Positions 1 through 11,009 of a stretch of 20,000 bases of DNA are shown here, in pieces. The first letter of the stretch is position 1; each line of letters begins with the position of its first letter. The stretch spans positions 57,263-77,262 of the forward strand of contig JYFJ02001518.1 in NCBI GenBank assembly GCA_000934665.2, given 5' to 3'. This DNA is from Catajapyx aquilonaris. Its lineage: Eukaryota. Position numbers and translations under genes: made by a program. Below the pieces are notes generated by a model. It was given only the letters and a program-made list of their open reading frames with translations, was not told the origin of the DNA and made no database searches.

Positions 1-737
1 AGCAGTTCCATAATCTACAGCGGCGCATTATCAAAAAAAATACGGTAACAATGAAGCTCTTGGCGACGACCTAAACAAACTCGCTTATGCATGGGCAGCA
101 TATGGGGCATCGACATGTCCACGCTTCTGCGGCCATAGTACGGCGCAAAAATGGTGCAATGGACACAGAAATTACACCAAAAAATAGGACATGATCTGGC
201 GCAGGGCACCTTCGTCGTCATTTTACCATTTTTGGCCTAGAAGTGACCTTTGGAGTTGAAGTGAAAGGAAAGTGGCGTTCCCCAAAAGCCCATTTGAATA
301 ACATGGCGGCAGGAAACGCGACAAAGTCGTGAACGCTTCTGCGCCCGTATGTCCACAATTTTAATGCAATCATATCGAGTATGGTACAGTACCATATATA
401 GTAAAGGCCAAACCAAAGAGCTTATACTAGGGGCCTTATACTAGGGCCTCTGGGGCTTTTATTGCCATATTTCCGGCACTGCCTCGATCTACCGTATTGT
501 ACAATACAGTATCGAGTTTCGCTGTCGACTCGCCAGGTGGCAGGTCAGTCGATTGGCGACACGGTTGCTATGCTACCAGCTGTTTTTTCCACTCTTCCTA
601 GTATAAGCTCTTTGGGCCAAACCTTTGCGCAGGGCACCTTCTTCGTGATTTTTCCGATTAACGGTGCGTTTCGCCACAAAAATTTAAAATTCCCTCAAAA
701 ATGCACCTACCGCATTTTTACTTATGCGCCTCCTTAA
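1..737. mobile_element. Probable right end of a non-autonomous DNA transposon ending in CC+TTAA
   Basis: Internal repeat gcgcagggcaccttc.tcgt.atttt (about 199-224 and 627-653), tandem cttatactagggg(cc) at 421-448, and ends ...gcgcctcc then TTAA (734-737). The other end is outside the window. Confidence 0.35.
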
Positions 738-959
738 CCTTAACGTGGTGGTGGTCCTTGACTTCTCCAGCGACCCCATAGCTGCCTGCTGGCACAGTCA
801 TCCAGGCCAGATTGGCCATTTTGGGGTTGGGGAATGACTAAGAGAGGTGCCGGTCTTTCAATGCTTTTCTACATTTACTGCACAACCTTCAATTTTTCAT
901 GACATACTTTTGCTGGATTTTTAAGGCGTATTGTGTACTCTCTTACAATCTTACATCCG

Positions 960-1120
960 CAGTTTGGTGTGTGGACTTCATCCACATGCAATGTGCTCCA
1001 TGTAACAGGTATGCCAACATTGTATAGCCATAATTATTTCAAAGGTTACTACCAAATCGATGACTTACACCTACATGGAAAAGTATTTCATAACCCGAGC
1101 AACGCCGGGTATCCTGCTAG
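960..1120 (+). mobile_element. Helitron 3' end remnant
   Basis: Hairpin acccg-agcaacgc-cgggt (1093-1110) followed by CTAG (1117-1120) then T, the canonical Helitron 3' terminus. Homologous in inverted orientation to 19386-19430. Confidence 0.7.
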
Positions 1121-1131
1121 TAATTCATAAT

Positions 1132-1185
1132 AATTCATACCCCGTTATCAGCCATTGGCTCTTTAGGAGGGAAGTTTGTTTTGGG
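1132..1185 (-). mobile_element. 3' tail fragment of a family D SINE
   Basis: ataccccgttatcagccattggctctttagg matches the family D 3' stem-loop. Confidence 0.7.
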
Positions 1186-1707
1186 AAGTCTTCCTGAGCG
1201 GTGAAAACCTAAGGAATAAAATGAAATGAAATGAAGTTTGTTTTGCCTGGAAACCACATCACCTATACAATATTATTTTCATAGCCAGGGCAGGCTCCTC
1301 CCTCCAACAGAGTTGCCACCTCACCTTTCCTGCTCGTAGAAGGCCAGCCCATTTCAGCTACTTGACTTTTGAGACTAGTGAGGGAAGTGCCTATCATTTG
1401 GGAACAGGAATGCCATAGCATTGTACTTCAGCTCAAGAAACAGGTTGAGTGTGAATAACCTCATTCATGATATCAAAAACAACTTTCATTTGACCCAAAA
1501 GCAATCTATTTGCATAAGGTTCCAAGCAAATCCAAACATTTACAAATGAAGGCATTGCCGTCATGTTATTTGAAGTTGCTTTGGAATCTGACTATTAGGA
1601 TTAGGGAGATGTGCATACTGACAAGGGAAGGTCACCCATTGTACATGCAGTTGCTGAATGAAACTTGGCACAATAATATAGGCAGGTAAGTGATTAACCT
1701 GAATGCA

Positions 1708-1931
1708 GGTAGGCGTGGTGGCCGAGTCGGCAACGAGCTGAGCAAAAGGTCCCTACCCGGGAGTTACCTTTCACCTGCGTCAGGAGGGTCTCTGATCCCC
1801 GCCTTGGTAGGCATCTGGCAGCCTAACCTCCAGGGAGACTGCACATGACCCCTTTACCGGCATTGCACTTGCACCCGTGTCTCCTCCAAAAATCCTATCC
1901 CTACCTCATGTCTTTTCTTCCCTGCACGGTG
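1708..1931 (+). mobile_element. Degenerate SINE, family A
   Basis: Shares gtggtggccgag, ttcacctgcgtcaggagggtctct, taacctcc and cattgcacttgcacc blocks with the copies at 4248 and 16109. Confidence 0.75.
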
Positions 1932-2207
1932 ATAGCACAGTGTTGACCTGTTGGACTCCAGCTTAAGAGCTCCCTGTCAACAGTCGGCAGGTGTGCAGCC
2001 TGAGGATGCATCTCAATCTGGATGGAAACCCATGGCAACGATGACCTGAATGATGGGATTTCAACAGGGTAATAATTTGCATCGATTTCTGTCATGGGTA
2101 GGGACCTTGGCTGATTCAAATGCTGTCTGTAAGTCTTTGGGTTCAAGGCAAGAGATTAATATTGTCTGGCACTCTTCAACATGATTGCTGCAACACCTGA
2201 GGTCATC

Positions 2208-2285
2208 TGTCAGGTCAATTGGACTGGAGAGGATGCCCACTCGCTACAACAGTTTACAAAATTGATGCAATGATTGGTGTTACTT
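2208..2285 (+). repeat. About 80-bp direct repeat, second copy at 3137-3219
   Basis: tgtcag.tcaattggactggag...aggatgcc.actcgctacaa..gtttacaaaattga.gcaatgat.ggtgtt.ctt is present in both copies. Confidence 0.8.
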
Positions 2286-3347
2286 AGTTAGTGAAACCCT
2301 GGGTGTGATGACTCACTGGAACATCTGGTTAGTTCACGTGGCACCCCTACTTCTTCCCAATGGCTGCCATGGTGGTGGACTGAAAGGCTCGGTCAATGGT
2401 CACCCTCTTCTGCACACAGTCCATCCTGAAAATATCCACATCAAACCCCCCACCTTCCAGATTAGTTCCATTCACAAACCACAATCAATTCAAACAAACA
2501 CAATGCTGGTTGGCATACTCTTCCGTCCTGGATAACTGGTGCGATGTATCATTTTTGTGCTCACTAATGACAAAACAAGTCAAAACTCATTCATCTGATT
2601 AGCTGGACAGCATTACTGGGAGGATGCAAGCTGCCAGCTGGTATTAGACAAATCACTCGCATACTAGAATCAGCTGTTGAACATACCTAATGGTGCATTT
2701 ACATCATTGTGGTTTTTACACATGTGGGCGATTTGATCAGCATTGTCATCGCCGAGCCATAAAATCTTAATGAAAGCAGTGATTTGGGCCGACGTCACTG
2801 TGGTCCCTCAATTCTGTTTGAAATAGACGATGGCAATGACATTGCCACACTTCGCCGTTGGATGCCACCAGTCCAGTAACTATGTCACCTGGCGTACCCA
2901 AACCATTCGACTGTAAAGTGTACACTGGAGTAACAAATTCAAGGAGTACCAAGCAGTACCAAAGAGTAAGGTACCTAAGGAGTACCTGGGAGTTCCACTG
3001 AAAGTGTACACCGGAGTACCGGAGTGTAAACGCGGCTTCACAACCCACCTTGAGACGCTGCCCACCTATTAGAGTAGACAGAGGAATGTAGTTTGCATTT
3101 TCAGATGTAGACCACAACTTGCCAAATTAAGATGAATGTCAGATCAATTGGACTGGAGTGGAGAGGATGCCTACTCGCTACAATGGTTTACAAAATTGAC
3201 GCAATGATCGGTGTTGCTTGCTGAAATATTAGTCTAAATTTGATGCAAAAATTCACTCCATTGCACTTCCCAGTTGACATTGCCAACTGATAATATTCCA
3301 GATTGAAATGTGGCAAAACCAATCATGTTACCCTTGCTTCCTTTGTA

Positions 3348-3448
3348 CTATATCGCTCAAAAACATAGAGCCGATTTTGCATTTGACTCAAGTGCAGCCT
3401 GCACTTGAATAAAATGCAAAATCGTCTCTATGTTTTTGAGCGATTTAG
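3348..3448. mobile_element. Palindromic MITE with TA TSD
   Basis: Arms ctatatcgctcaaaaacatagag...caagtgcag / ctgcacttg...ctctatgtttttgagcgatttag, flanked by gTA...TAc. Confidence 0.75.
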
Positions 3449-4247
3449 TACCTGCAAGCCAAAGAGGCCATCACAACCATCTGGAAGAGATGGTTCATCA
3501 CCAAGCTGTCATCTGCAGTGTCCAATGGCTGTTGTCTGGACAGAGGATTGCTGTTCTGTCATAGTATAGGAGGCAGTTGAAATCCTAGTTTCCATAACTC
3601 TAAACATATGATTGTTAGCAATGCAAATATTCCCATCAGATAATATGAATCACTCAAAGTCGAGTGGGGCAAGAGCACGCATTTAGTTTTTGAGCTCATA
3701 TATCTCGTTTACCAAAAGAGCCAGAACCTCAAAATTCTCAAACCCATTTCTTTCAAATACACAGGGACCTTTATTTTAATTCGGAATTAATTTAATGTAA
3801 TGATTTTTTTTACAAACAACAACACAAACACACTTTTACCCCACTGGTGCGGTGGGGCAAAAGTGCGCATATAACAAAGGATTTGAAAGAACTACATAAA
3901 CCTCACTATGTTCTTCAGACACTACAAATTAGATTTGGTGGGCAAAAGGCATTTATAAGCATAGCCACAGCTAATTAGGCATTTGCATGATGAAGTCATA
4001 ATAATATTGCAACAATAGGTGGATTATTTTATATTTTAAAATTGCCTTGCTAGTCTAATTGCTTTCAATGAGCGAGGCAGTGACACAGCATGCCTTTGGA
4101 AGTTTCACTGTTGACAACAGCATCATTCTAAGTTGGAAGCAATCATTAATCGTAGAAGAACTGGGCAGAGGAACTGCCAGAAGTTGCTTGGAAATGACAT
4201 GAGATTGCTTGAATTTCAGTCGTGAGCACAATTTCATTAGGAACTGG

Positions 4248-4586
4248 GGAGGTGTGGTGGCCGAGATGGTAACGTCTGGGCTTGCTGAGTGAAAGGCCCC
4301 AGGTTCGATCCCTGCCTGGGGAACTTTCCTTTCACCTGCGTCAGGAGGGTCTCTCTGACCTGCACCAAGGAGGTGTCTGGCAACCTAACCTCCTGGGGAA
4401 CAACACATGGCCCATTAGCTACGACATTGCACCTTGCACCCATGTTCCCTCCCCAAAAATCCCTATCCTTTCCCATTGTCCCTGTTTCCTTGCACCGGCG
4501 AATGAAGTGAAAATATATACAGAAAACTGATGGTGGTATGCCAACCCCCTATAGCTCCCGTAAGGGACATCACAGGGCAAAAAGAA

Positions 4587-4643
<57 letters not shown>
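4248..4643 (+). mobile_element. tRNA-derived SINE, family A, full length with (AAT)n tail
   Basis: A box tggccgagatgg, B box ggttcgatccc, 3' stem-loop at 4546-4577, (AAT)n tail. TSD aatttcat(t/a)aggaactgg at 4230-4247 and 4644-4661. Confidence 0.88.

Positions 4644-4646
<3 letters not shown>
4589..4646. repeat. (AAT)n microsatellite (SINE tail); others at 15316-15378, 17452-17508 and 17806-17851
   Basis: Direct inspection. Confidence 0.95.
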
Positions 4647-4938
4647 TTCATAAGGAACTGGAAAGTTCATTAAAATCACACGTCAATTCAATTTCGAATG
4701 AAATAATTTTGCTGCAGGAGGGTGCATCTCAGTTGGGATGGAGTGAACATGTGGATAGCCAATTATTGTCGGTGTCGATTTGTCCATGCACCAACTCCCA
4801 TCATGCAGTGCGGTCCGACAGTGATGTTGACAATAGAATCCCAGGAGGTCACTGGGACTTCCACACCTGGTGTGCAGCCTGGATCAGGATTCCTCTGAGG
4901 CAGCCATTGAGGTCTGAAGCTGGGATTCAACCATGATA

Positions 4939-5132
4939 ACAGGCAAGACGCTCCAAGTGGACGTGGTAGAATTGGATCAGTGAATTTATTTGCTGTTGTG
5001 TCCCGCTGAACCTTACAGGGAGGATTTTAAGTTGATTGTTTCTGTGGGAGCTGAAGGGTGTTGCATGTTGCAGTGTTCAGTTGACAGTAAGTTCTTCCCT
5101 GTGTTTATTTCCTGGTTTGGGGTAATTGCCTC
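4939..5132. repeat. About 195-bp segment repeated in inverted orientation at 6389-6585
   Basis: Direct comparison. The ORFs 4990-5181(+) and 6534-6088(-) share MLLC..EPYREDF.LIVSVGAE.C.M.QCSVDSKFF. Confidence 0.85.
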
Positions 5133-5214
5133 AGAGTCCTCAGAGCCATGTCCTCAGAGTCGGGGCAATGGAAAAATTTGATGGCAAAGTGCCAGGGCAG
5201 TGATGCAAACAATT

Positions 5215-5463
5215 GAAGGGGTCGGTGCAATACCGCCCTAACCCACCAAATGACACAAATTGAGTTAAGCACACTTCCATGTACTACACTCATGTATCTA
5301 ATAAAATCCATTGAAATTGTGCAGTTTCTGCCATCGGTCACTGAGAAATCAAATGAAATAAGTCACATGGTATATGGGATGTATATGGCCTCTCAAACTT
5401 TCAACTGCAGTTTTCTCAAAATCAGGTTTGGGAGGGTTAGGGCAGTATTGCACCGACCCCTTC
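5215..5463. mobile_element. MITE with about 30-bp TIRs and AATT flanks (possibly Sola-like)
   Basis: gaaggggtcggtgcaataccgccctaaccc / gggttagggcagtattgcaccgaccccttc. AATT at 5211-5214 and 5464-5467. Superfamily assignment is tentative. Confidence 0.75.
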
Positions 5464-5790
5464 AATTATTCCAGAAGATATTCTCACCTGTTCTATCCAT
5501 AGGTGAGACATGATCCTGCTCTCTGAGTGTACAATGAAAGTTTGGTACAGTACAATCTGATGTCATTGTTTCAGACTGATTCATATTTTCAGGATGTGGG
5601 TAAGATGAGCCTACAATACAAAGGATTCAGTCTCTCATCATCAATGGAGATCCAGTCAACCCAGAGATGAAGTGGAATACCTACAGGACATTTTGGAGAA
5701 GGAAGATGTTGGGCCTGATGAAGGACAAATGTGACGAACACCATGGTCAGCTAGGTGTGACAGCAAGAAGGTGTTTGTGTTGATTCGTGT

Positions 5791-5910
5791 GGGGCTGTCC
5801 ATAAATCACGTGACACTTTTTTGGGCCATTTTTGACCCCCCCCCCCCCCCCCCCCCCNACAGTGACATTTGGGGTAACCCCCTCTCCCCGCCCCTTTGTC
5901 ACATGACATA
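5791..5910 (+). mobile_element. Possible one-ended PIF/Harbinger-type MITE fragment
   Basis: ggggctgtccataaatcacgtgac...ttttgacccccc resembles common arthropod MITE ends. No partner TIR was seen. Confidence 0.4.
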
Positions 5911-6628
5911 TTTTGTTCCTATTGAGACTGCATTTGTACTTGACAATATTGTGTCAACTCATCTTTTACTGACTGTCAACAATCTGCTAGTTGGCACAAC
6001 TGGAAACCAACAATCCAATCCAAATACCTGTGTATCCAGACTTTAGAGTCACCTTGAATGCCTGATTCAACAACAATAGCCTACATATTATAGCAACAAT
6101 AGTGTTTGCGACACGTTTCCAACACCTTGGGAGCCCACCCACCCCACCCGCATTGCTAAGGTGCGGGAAAATGATATATCAACTATAAAAACCAGGGTCA
6201 CCAGGATATATGAACAAATCATTGTTGAACAGGTACAGTCGTATACTATGGTCTTACATAGGGGCTGCTTGCCCATAAACAATGAAGTGTGTAGTGAGGT
6301 GTCTGAACTCGACTGCAGCTCCGACGTGTAGTGACCATATTGACCCTCCTGCTGGAAGTGATGACCCTGCCACAGCCAAGTACGGGAAGAGGCAATTACC
6401 CCAAACCAGGAAAAAATAAACACACGGAAGAACTTACTGTCAACTGAACACTGCGACATGCGACACCTTTCAGCTCCCACAGAAACAATCAACTCAAAAT
6501 CCTCCCTGTAAGGTTCAGTGAGACACAACAGCAAATAAATTCACTGATCCAATTCTACCACGTTCACTTGGAACGTCTTGCCTGTGGTCTTGCCCCAGCA
6601 CAGACGCTTAACATGAGTACGTTGTTAA

Positions 6629-6722
6629 ACTCAGCAGCTGCGGCAGCGAAACAGAAGAGTAACAATAAAATAACAATATTACTTATTGTTACTCTTTTGT
6701 TTCGCTGCCGCTGCCACTGAGT
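6629..6722. mobile_element. Short palindromic MITE flanked by TTAA
   Basis: actcagcagctgcggcagcgaaacagaagagtaacaataa / ttattgttactcttttgtttcgctgccgctgccactgagt. TTAA at 6625-6628 and 6723-6726. Confidence 0.7.
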
Positions 6723-6799
6723 TTAACGTCCTCCATGTGACCCGCAACAATATAATTATAATAATGGTGAGGTGATAAACAAGAACTGACATTGCTAGG

Positions 6800-6905
6800 T
6801 TATAAATAAATAAATAATAATATCATACCCCGTTATCAGCCGGCGGCTCTTTAGGGGGGGAGTTTTTTTGTTTTGACTGGAACTCTTTCTTTGCATTTTT
6901 ACTTC
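6800..6905 (-). mobile_element. 3' tail fragment of a family D SINE
   Basis: Reverse complement matches 17705-17790 (aaagagttc.ag.caaaacaaaaact.ccccctaaagagcc...ggctgataacggggtatga). Confidence 0.75.
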
Positions 6906-7007
6906 AATGGTCACCGACACAACCTAATGTATAAGTCCCTTTTCATTATTTCCTATTTATTTAGGCGGTTTGGATGTAGGATGAAAAATCAAAAGTACTT
7001 CTTCGGA

Positions 7008-7495
7008 CAGTGGCGGAACTAGGGTAGTTCAGACGGTTCGGCCGAACTAGGGCCCCTGAGGTTTGGGGGCCCCTGGGCAACTGTCGCAAAAAAACAAAAA
7101 ATAACCATGTAGTTCGAAAGAGAAGTGGTGCCGAGCCGTCCCCGAGATAGTCTCCAAATTTTCAGCATTTTGCGGGGGNGGGGGGGGGGGAGCTGTGTCG
7201 AGGTGAAAACGCACTATTCTGGAGGCATAGGGGCCCTGGTCAGGGGTGGGAGTGGCAGGCCCATTGAGAGTCGAGAAGGGCCCCATGGGCATGGCTAAGC
7301 GTCTACTAGGCTCTCTAGGGCCCCCCTTCTTTCCAACCTAAATAGAGAAATAAATTATTCTCAATTTTTCCGGCACGTATGGTCCGAAGAACGTGATACC
7401 GGTATGGTCTTCACTGGTAGGTGCATACGTAAGTGAAGTGGGGGGGGCTTCCGATACTTTCGAACTAGGGCCCCGGGCGGCTAGTTCCGCCACTG
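7008..7495. mobile_element. hAT-type MITE
   Basis: Perfect 15-bp TIR CAGTGGCGGAACTAG, imperfect 8-bp TSD tcttcgga/ctttcgga, many internal gggccc motifs. Confidence 0.8.
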
Positions 7496-8077
7496 CTTTC
7501 GGACCACTGTGTCCCAGGCATCGGGGTACAGTATACCATTTGCATAGGGCAGCTTCTAAAATACTTTTGTGACCGTACCAACTTTTCACCCTTTGTGTAC
7601 AGTACATTCTGGAACTTTCTGATTTTCTGTGTCATATGCCTTTGTACTGGACTTTCCTTCCCACTTACCATTACCCATCATGCACTCGGCTTCCCTATAT
7701 AATCAAGCTCGGCCCACTTCTCGTGGCCTGTTGGTCTTCCTCCTTTTGGCGGAGGCCATTGGTCACCACCCTTATACCTGTAGTATCCTCAACCATTGTG
7801 GATCACAGGTCAGCCCTTTTTCCATCCTCATCCACATACCTCTCGCATTGTTTTGTATTACTTTTGCATCCAAATACAAGGAGGACTTTGACTGAACCCG
7901 CTCTCTATCTTTTGTGTGCTTTTAGCACTTGTTTTTCCTCTCCCTTTGGGTGAGGTTGACTTTGCCTTGTCCTGCTTCGGTCACACGTTTAAGACAAATG
8001 GATGGCACTGCCTGTGAATAAATTAGTGATGTGTATTACCAATGAGTATATGCTGAAAAATATTGGGTGTGTAGGTA

Positions 8078-8206
8078 CTATCAGTCCACCAAGAATTGTC
8101 ATAGCGGCAGCGCACGAACTACAGTCTACGAGCACTTCCGGGGTAGAAGTGCTCGTAGACTGTAGTTCGTGCGCTGCCGCTACGACAATTCTTGGTGGAC
8201 TGATAG
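8078..8206. mobile_element. Near-perfect palindromic MITE with TA TSD
   Basis: 61-bp arms 8078-8138 and 8146-8206 with one mismatch, a 7-nt loop, flanked by TA. Confidence 0.8.
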
Positions 8207-8431
8207 TACAACAGGAACTCTTAGAAAAATTCAAATGTACAAAAGTGGACCACTGTGTCCTGGTCTCCCCTACCACATTTTTCGTTTAATTACTAGGTGA
8301 GATGTTTGTTCATTGAGTGCCTTGTACGTTTATGATTTGTGTGTCCTCTCGACCAATAAAATAATAGTATGTCACAATATTGTGGCCATTTGACTTTTCT
8401 TCTACCTGCACCTGATCTTATTTGTGTAGCT

Positions 8432-8820
8432 CAGCCCCCCGGAACTCTCTCTCTTTTCGCGTGCTCTTAGCAAGTCCTGTATCCCCGGATGTGGAGCCCT
8501 GTACCAAATCGCATTCAGGTGGACGACTTCTGAACCGTACTGAACTTACCTAATGGTGAATTCCCATTCAGCCCTTGTTTGCAGATCCACAGCACCAGTC
8601 CTAATCACATTTGGGTGGCTGGTGCTGTGGATCTGAAAACTGGAACTGAATGGGATCTGACGCTTTAGGTAAGTCCAGTATGGTTCAGAAGTTGTCCGCC
8701 TGAATGCGGTTTGGTACAGGGCTCCACATCCAGGTATGTGGGACACCACATCTGGGGATAGGGGACTCGCTAAGGGCACGGCCTTCCCCATATGGCTCGA
8801 TAGGGAGTTGCGGGGGGCTG
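8432..8820. mobile_element. Foldback MITE with 8-bp TSD (hAT- or P-like)
   Basis: Termini CAGCCCCCCG / CGGGGGGCTG, perfect TSD gtgtagct at 8424-8431 and 8821-8828. Inverted symmetry runs to a centre near 8600-8615. Confidence 0.85.
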
Positions 8821-8996
8821 GTGTAGCTGACATTAGCGCTAGAACTGTTGAACTGGCCTTGACCAACAGCAACAGTCAGCGCATTCCAATCACTGGGACG
8901 GAACATTAATGCTGCGAAACAATAAAACTACTGACTCGGAATACTAATTATTTTACATTACTGATTATTACACATTATTAACGGCAGATGCTGAAA

Positions 8997-9056
8997 CCAA
9001 GGGTTGGTATCGATATGTTGAAAATATCGATATCCGGTTTGGAGCATCGATGTTTC
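8997..9056 (+). repeat. Dispersed ATCGAT-rich 60-bp repeat, second copy at 15909-15966
   Basis: ggtat.gatatg......tatcgatatccggtttggag.atcgatgttt is present in both copies. Confidence 0.7.
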
Positions 9057-9271
9057 TCTTCCAGTATTTTATAGGGTTGAGACAGCTATGTTACAACGTG
9101 CGTGTCACATCTACAGTTCCATATATCCTCGCACTGCCTTCAGGTGTGGTTCTCTACCAGGACCTTGCTGAAATGCGGAGCAAACTAATAGCTCCCAATT
9201 ACTAGAGACATCTCTCCATTGCAAAATAATGAGGATTAAATGAACATCTTTGCAAGTCCGATCCATCACAT

Positions 9272-9277
9272 TTTATT
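9272..9277 (-). promoter_or_regulatory. Candidate polyadenylation signal AATAAA of the FBXL gene
   Basis: tttatt on + strand, about 200 nt downstream of the stop codon. Confidence 0.35.
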
Positions 9278-9480
9278 CCTTTTAATGTGCAGGCAAGTAA
9301 AATAAGATTACATATTATAAATCATTACAATGGAGACATAATCAATGGTTCAACAGAAACCTCCCTGACGTGTACATTGAGAGTCATCAAAAGGTTTGCT
9401 GCAAAAATGACAATTAACTTAATTCAATTATGCTTTGCATACATGCACATTTCAACAGACCTGTTCAATTGTAGGCAATC

Positions 9481-10243
9481 CTAGTTTCCATTCACATAAT
9501 CAGTGTCTATGAAAATTTCATTGCTGATTTCAATATCATTAATCTGATTGGCAGTGAGCTTAACTTCGCAGCAGTTTCTAAGAACAAGTGACTTGAGATG
9601 GTGGCATTGAGCCACAAACAAAAGTATGCCATTAGTTGTGACATGGCTGCAGCTGTGCAAGGTCAGCTCTCTCAGCTGGTAGCATGAAGAAGCTATGACT
9701 TCAAGTGAATGGTTGTCCAGATATAAGCATGAGAAAATCTCTAGTTTTTCCAGGTGCCCAAAAAACTCTGGTTTAAAGAGTACCACATACAGGATATGTT
9801 TCCCCAAGCTGCAATCCACTTTGAGATGGCGCAGGTTTCTCAAACGTCCAATGACCTTCTGTACCCCACGTTCTCTCAGGTGCTCACTCCAGGTGAATGC
9901 AAGGAATACCAGCTGGGAGAATAATTGAATATGCTGGAAAGAGACAATGTCCGTAAGTCGACCAATGGTCAACCTCCGCAGCCATTTCTGATCACTTCTG
10001 GCCCATATCTCATCTCTGCCTATTAACACAGCCAGTGATAAGTCACTGCTTGGACCCACTGATATTTCAGCTTCACTTAGTTGCTGGCAATCATCGAATT
10101 TGCCTAGCTCTGGTAGGCGTAAAATGTTATTTGTTCTGAGGATAAACTTCTGCAGCTGTGAGCCGGGGCTTAAAATGGGACAAGGTGTTCGAGCCATCAA
10201 TAATGTGACGTCCTCCAGGCATAACTCCTTCAATGACTCGCAT
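9481..10243 (-). CDS. F-box/LRR-repeat protein, terminal exon with cysteine-containing LRRs
   Basis: A 63-nt intron 10244-10306 (GT...ctctgcAG) joins in frame (AG+A = Arg, then CESLKEL). LRR_CC-like units: LEKLEIFSCLYLDNHSLEVIASSCYQLRELTLHSCSHVTTNGI, CHHLKSLVLRNCCEV. Stop TAG at 9483-9481. Confidence 0.88.
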
Positions 10244-10306
10244 CTGCAGAGATAGAAAGATATTACTTTAATGAGAGACATCCAACCTTTCCCTTTCTCG
10301 ACTCAC

Positions 10307-10668
10307 CTTTGCATAATCAATTTCAGATCATGGAGATAGATATTGCAATTGTGCACAGTCAGGGAGTTCAGCTCAGGAGCAAACCAAGCAATGGACCTCA
10401 ACAGTGCTTCCGATGCTGTTTCACGCCAGTGGATGATGCTGACCTTCTTCATTTGAATCCCCACCTGATTGATAACCTCCATTGCTCTTGTCAAAGGCAC
10501 TTTCTGGCCATCCCACTTCACCGTTTCCCAATCTATGGCATTAAAAGTCAACAAATACCATTCTTTGCATATCGAGGCTGCCCGCAGGATGACATCTTCT
10601 TGAGACAAGTATGAGAACACTTTCAATTTAATCTCTGGTGGGAGGTCAGAAAAGGTCACAGGTGGATC
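10307..10668 (-). CDS. F-box/LRR-repeat (FBXL-type) protein, exon containing the F-box domain (internal exon, phase 0 to phase 2)
   Basis: Translation DPPVTFSDLPPEIKLKVFSYLSQEDVILRAASICKEWYLL fits the F-box consensus (LP.EI...IFSYL......VCK.W). Acceptor ctttcatttcag at 10669 and donor AG|GTGAGT at 10306 on the minus strand. Confidence 0.88.
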
Positions 10669-11009
10669 CTGAAATGAAAGGAATAAATGACATTGTCAAT
10701 TTTGTACTACTGCACACTCATCCTGAGCAAAATTAAGGCCAAATCAATTGTTGCATCAAAATAGACTTATACCCAGAGATGTCCAGTGTGTTCCAATTGA
10801 ATTGCCCACCACTACAAACCACTACAAAGCTGCAAAAATACACTAGGTATTTCTTGGTTACAGCCAAGTCATGTCTTTTTTAAAGCATCCCAAAGCATCC
10901 AACCGACACTTTTGTAGTGGGTCTTATGTTGTAATTATTGTCAGGTTGAAATAACCAACTGAAACATGGTTGGGACCAGCACTTCTATCCCAGGCCAATA
11001 GAAAAAGGC

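Noticed and set aside
4248..4320. tRNA genes at SINE heads (also 16109, 16584, 17510, 18110-18184, 13620-13690)
   Set aside because: A and B boxes are present, but there is no complete cloverleaf, and each continues into a SINE body and tail, usually with a TSD.
6088..6534. 148-aa ORF similar to ORF 4990-5181
   Set aside because: Similarity reflects the DNA inverted repeat. The frames diverge and no protein family is recognisable.
7989..8289. Mirror-image ORFs on both strands
   Set aside because: Artefact of the 8078-8206 palindrome.
10245..10281. Separate gene starting at MSLIKV (ORF 9481-10281)
   Set aside because: This stretch lies within the 63-nt intron, and the two ORFs are exons of one gene.
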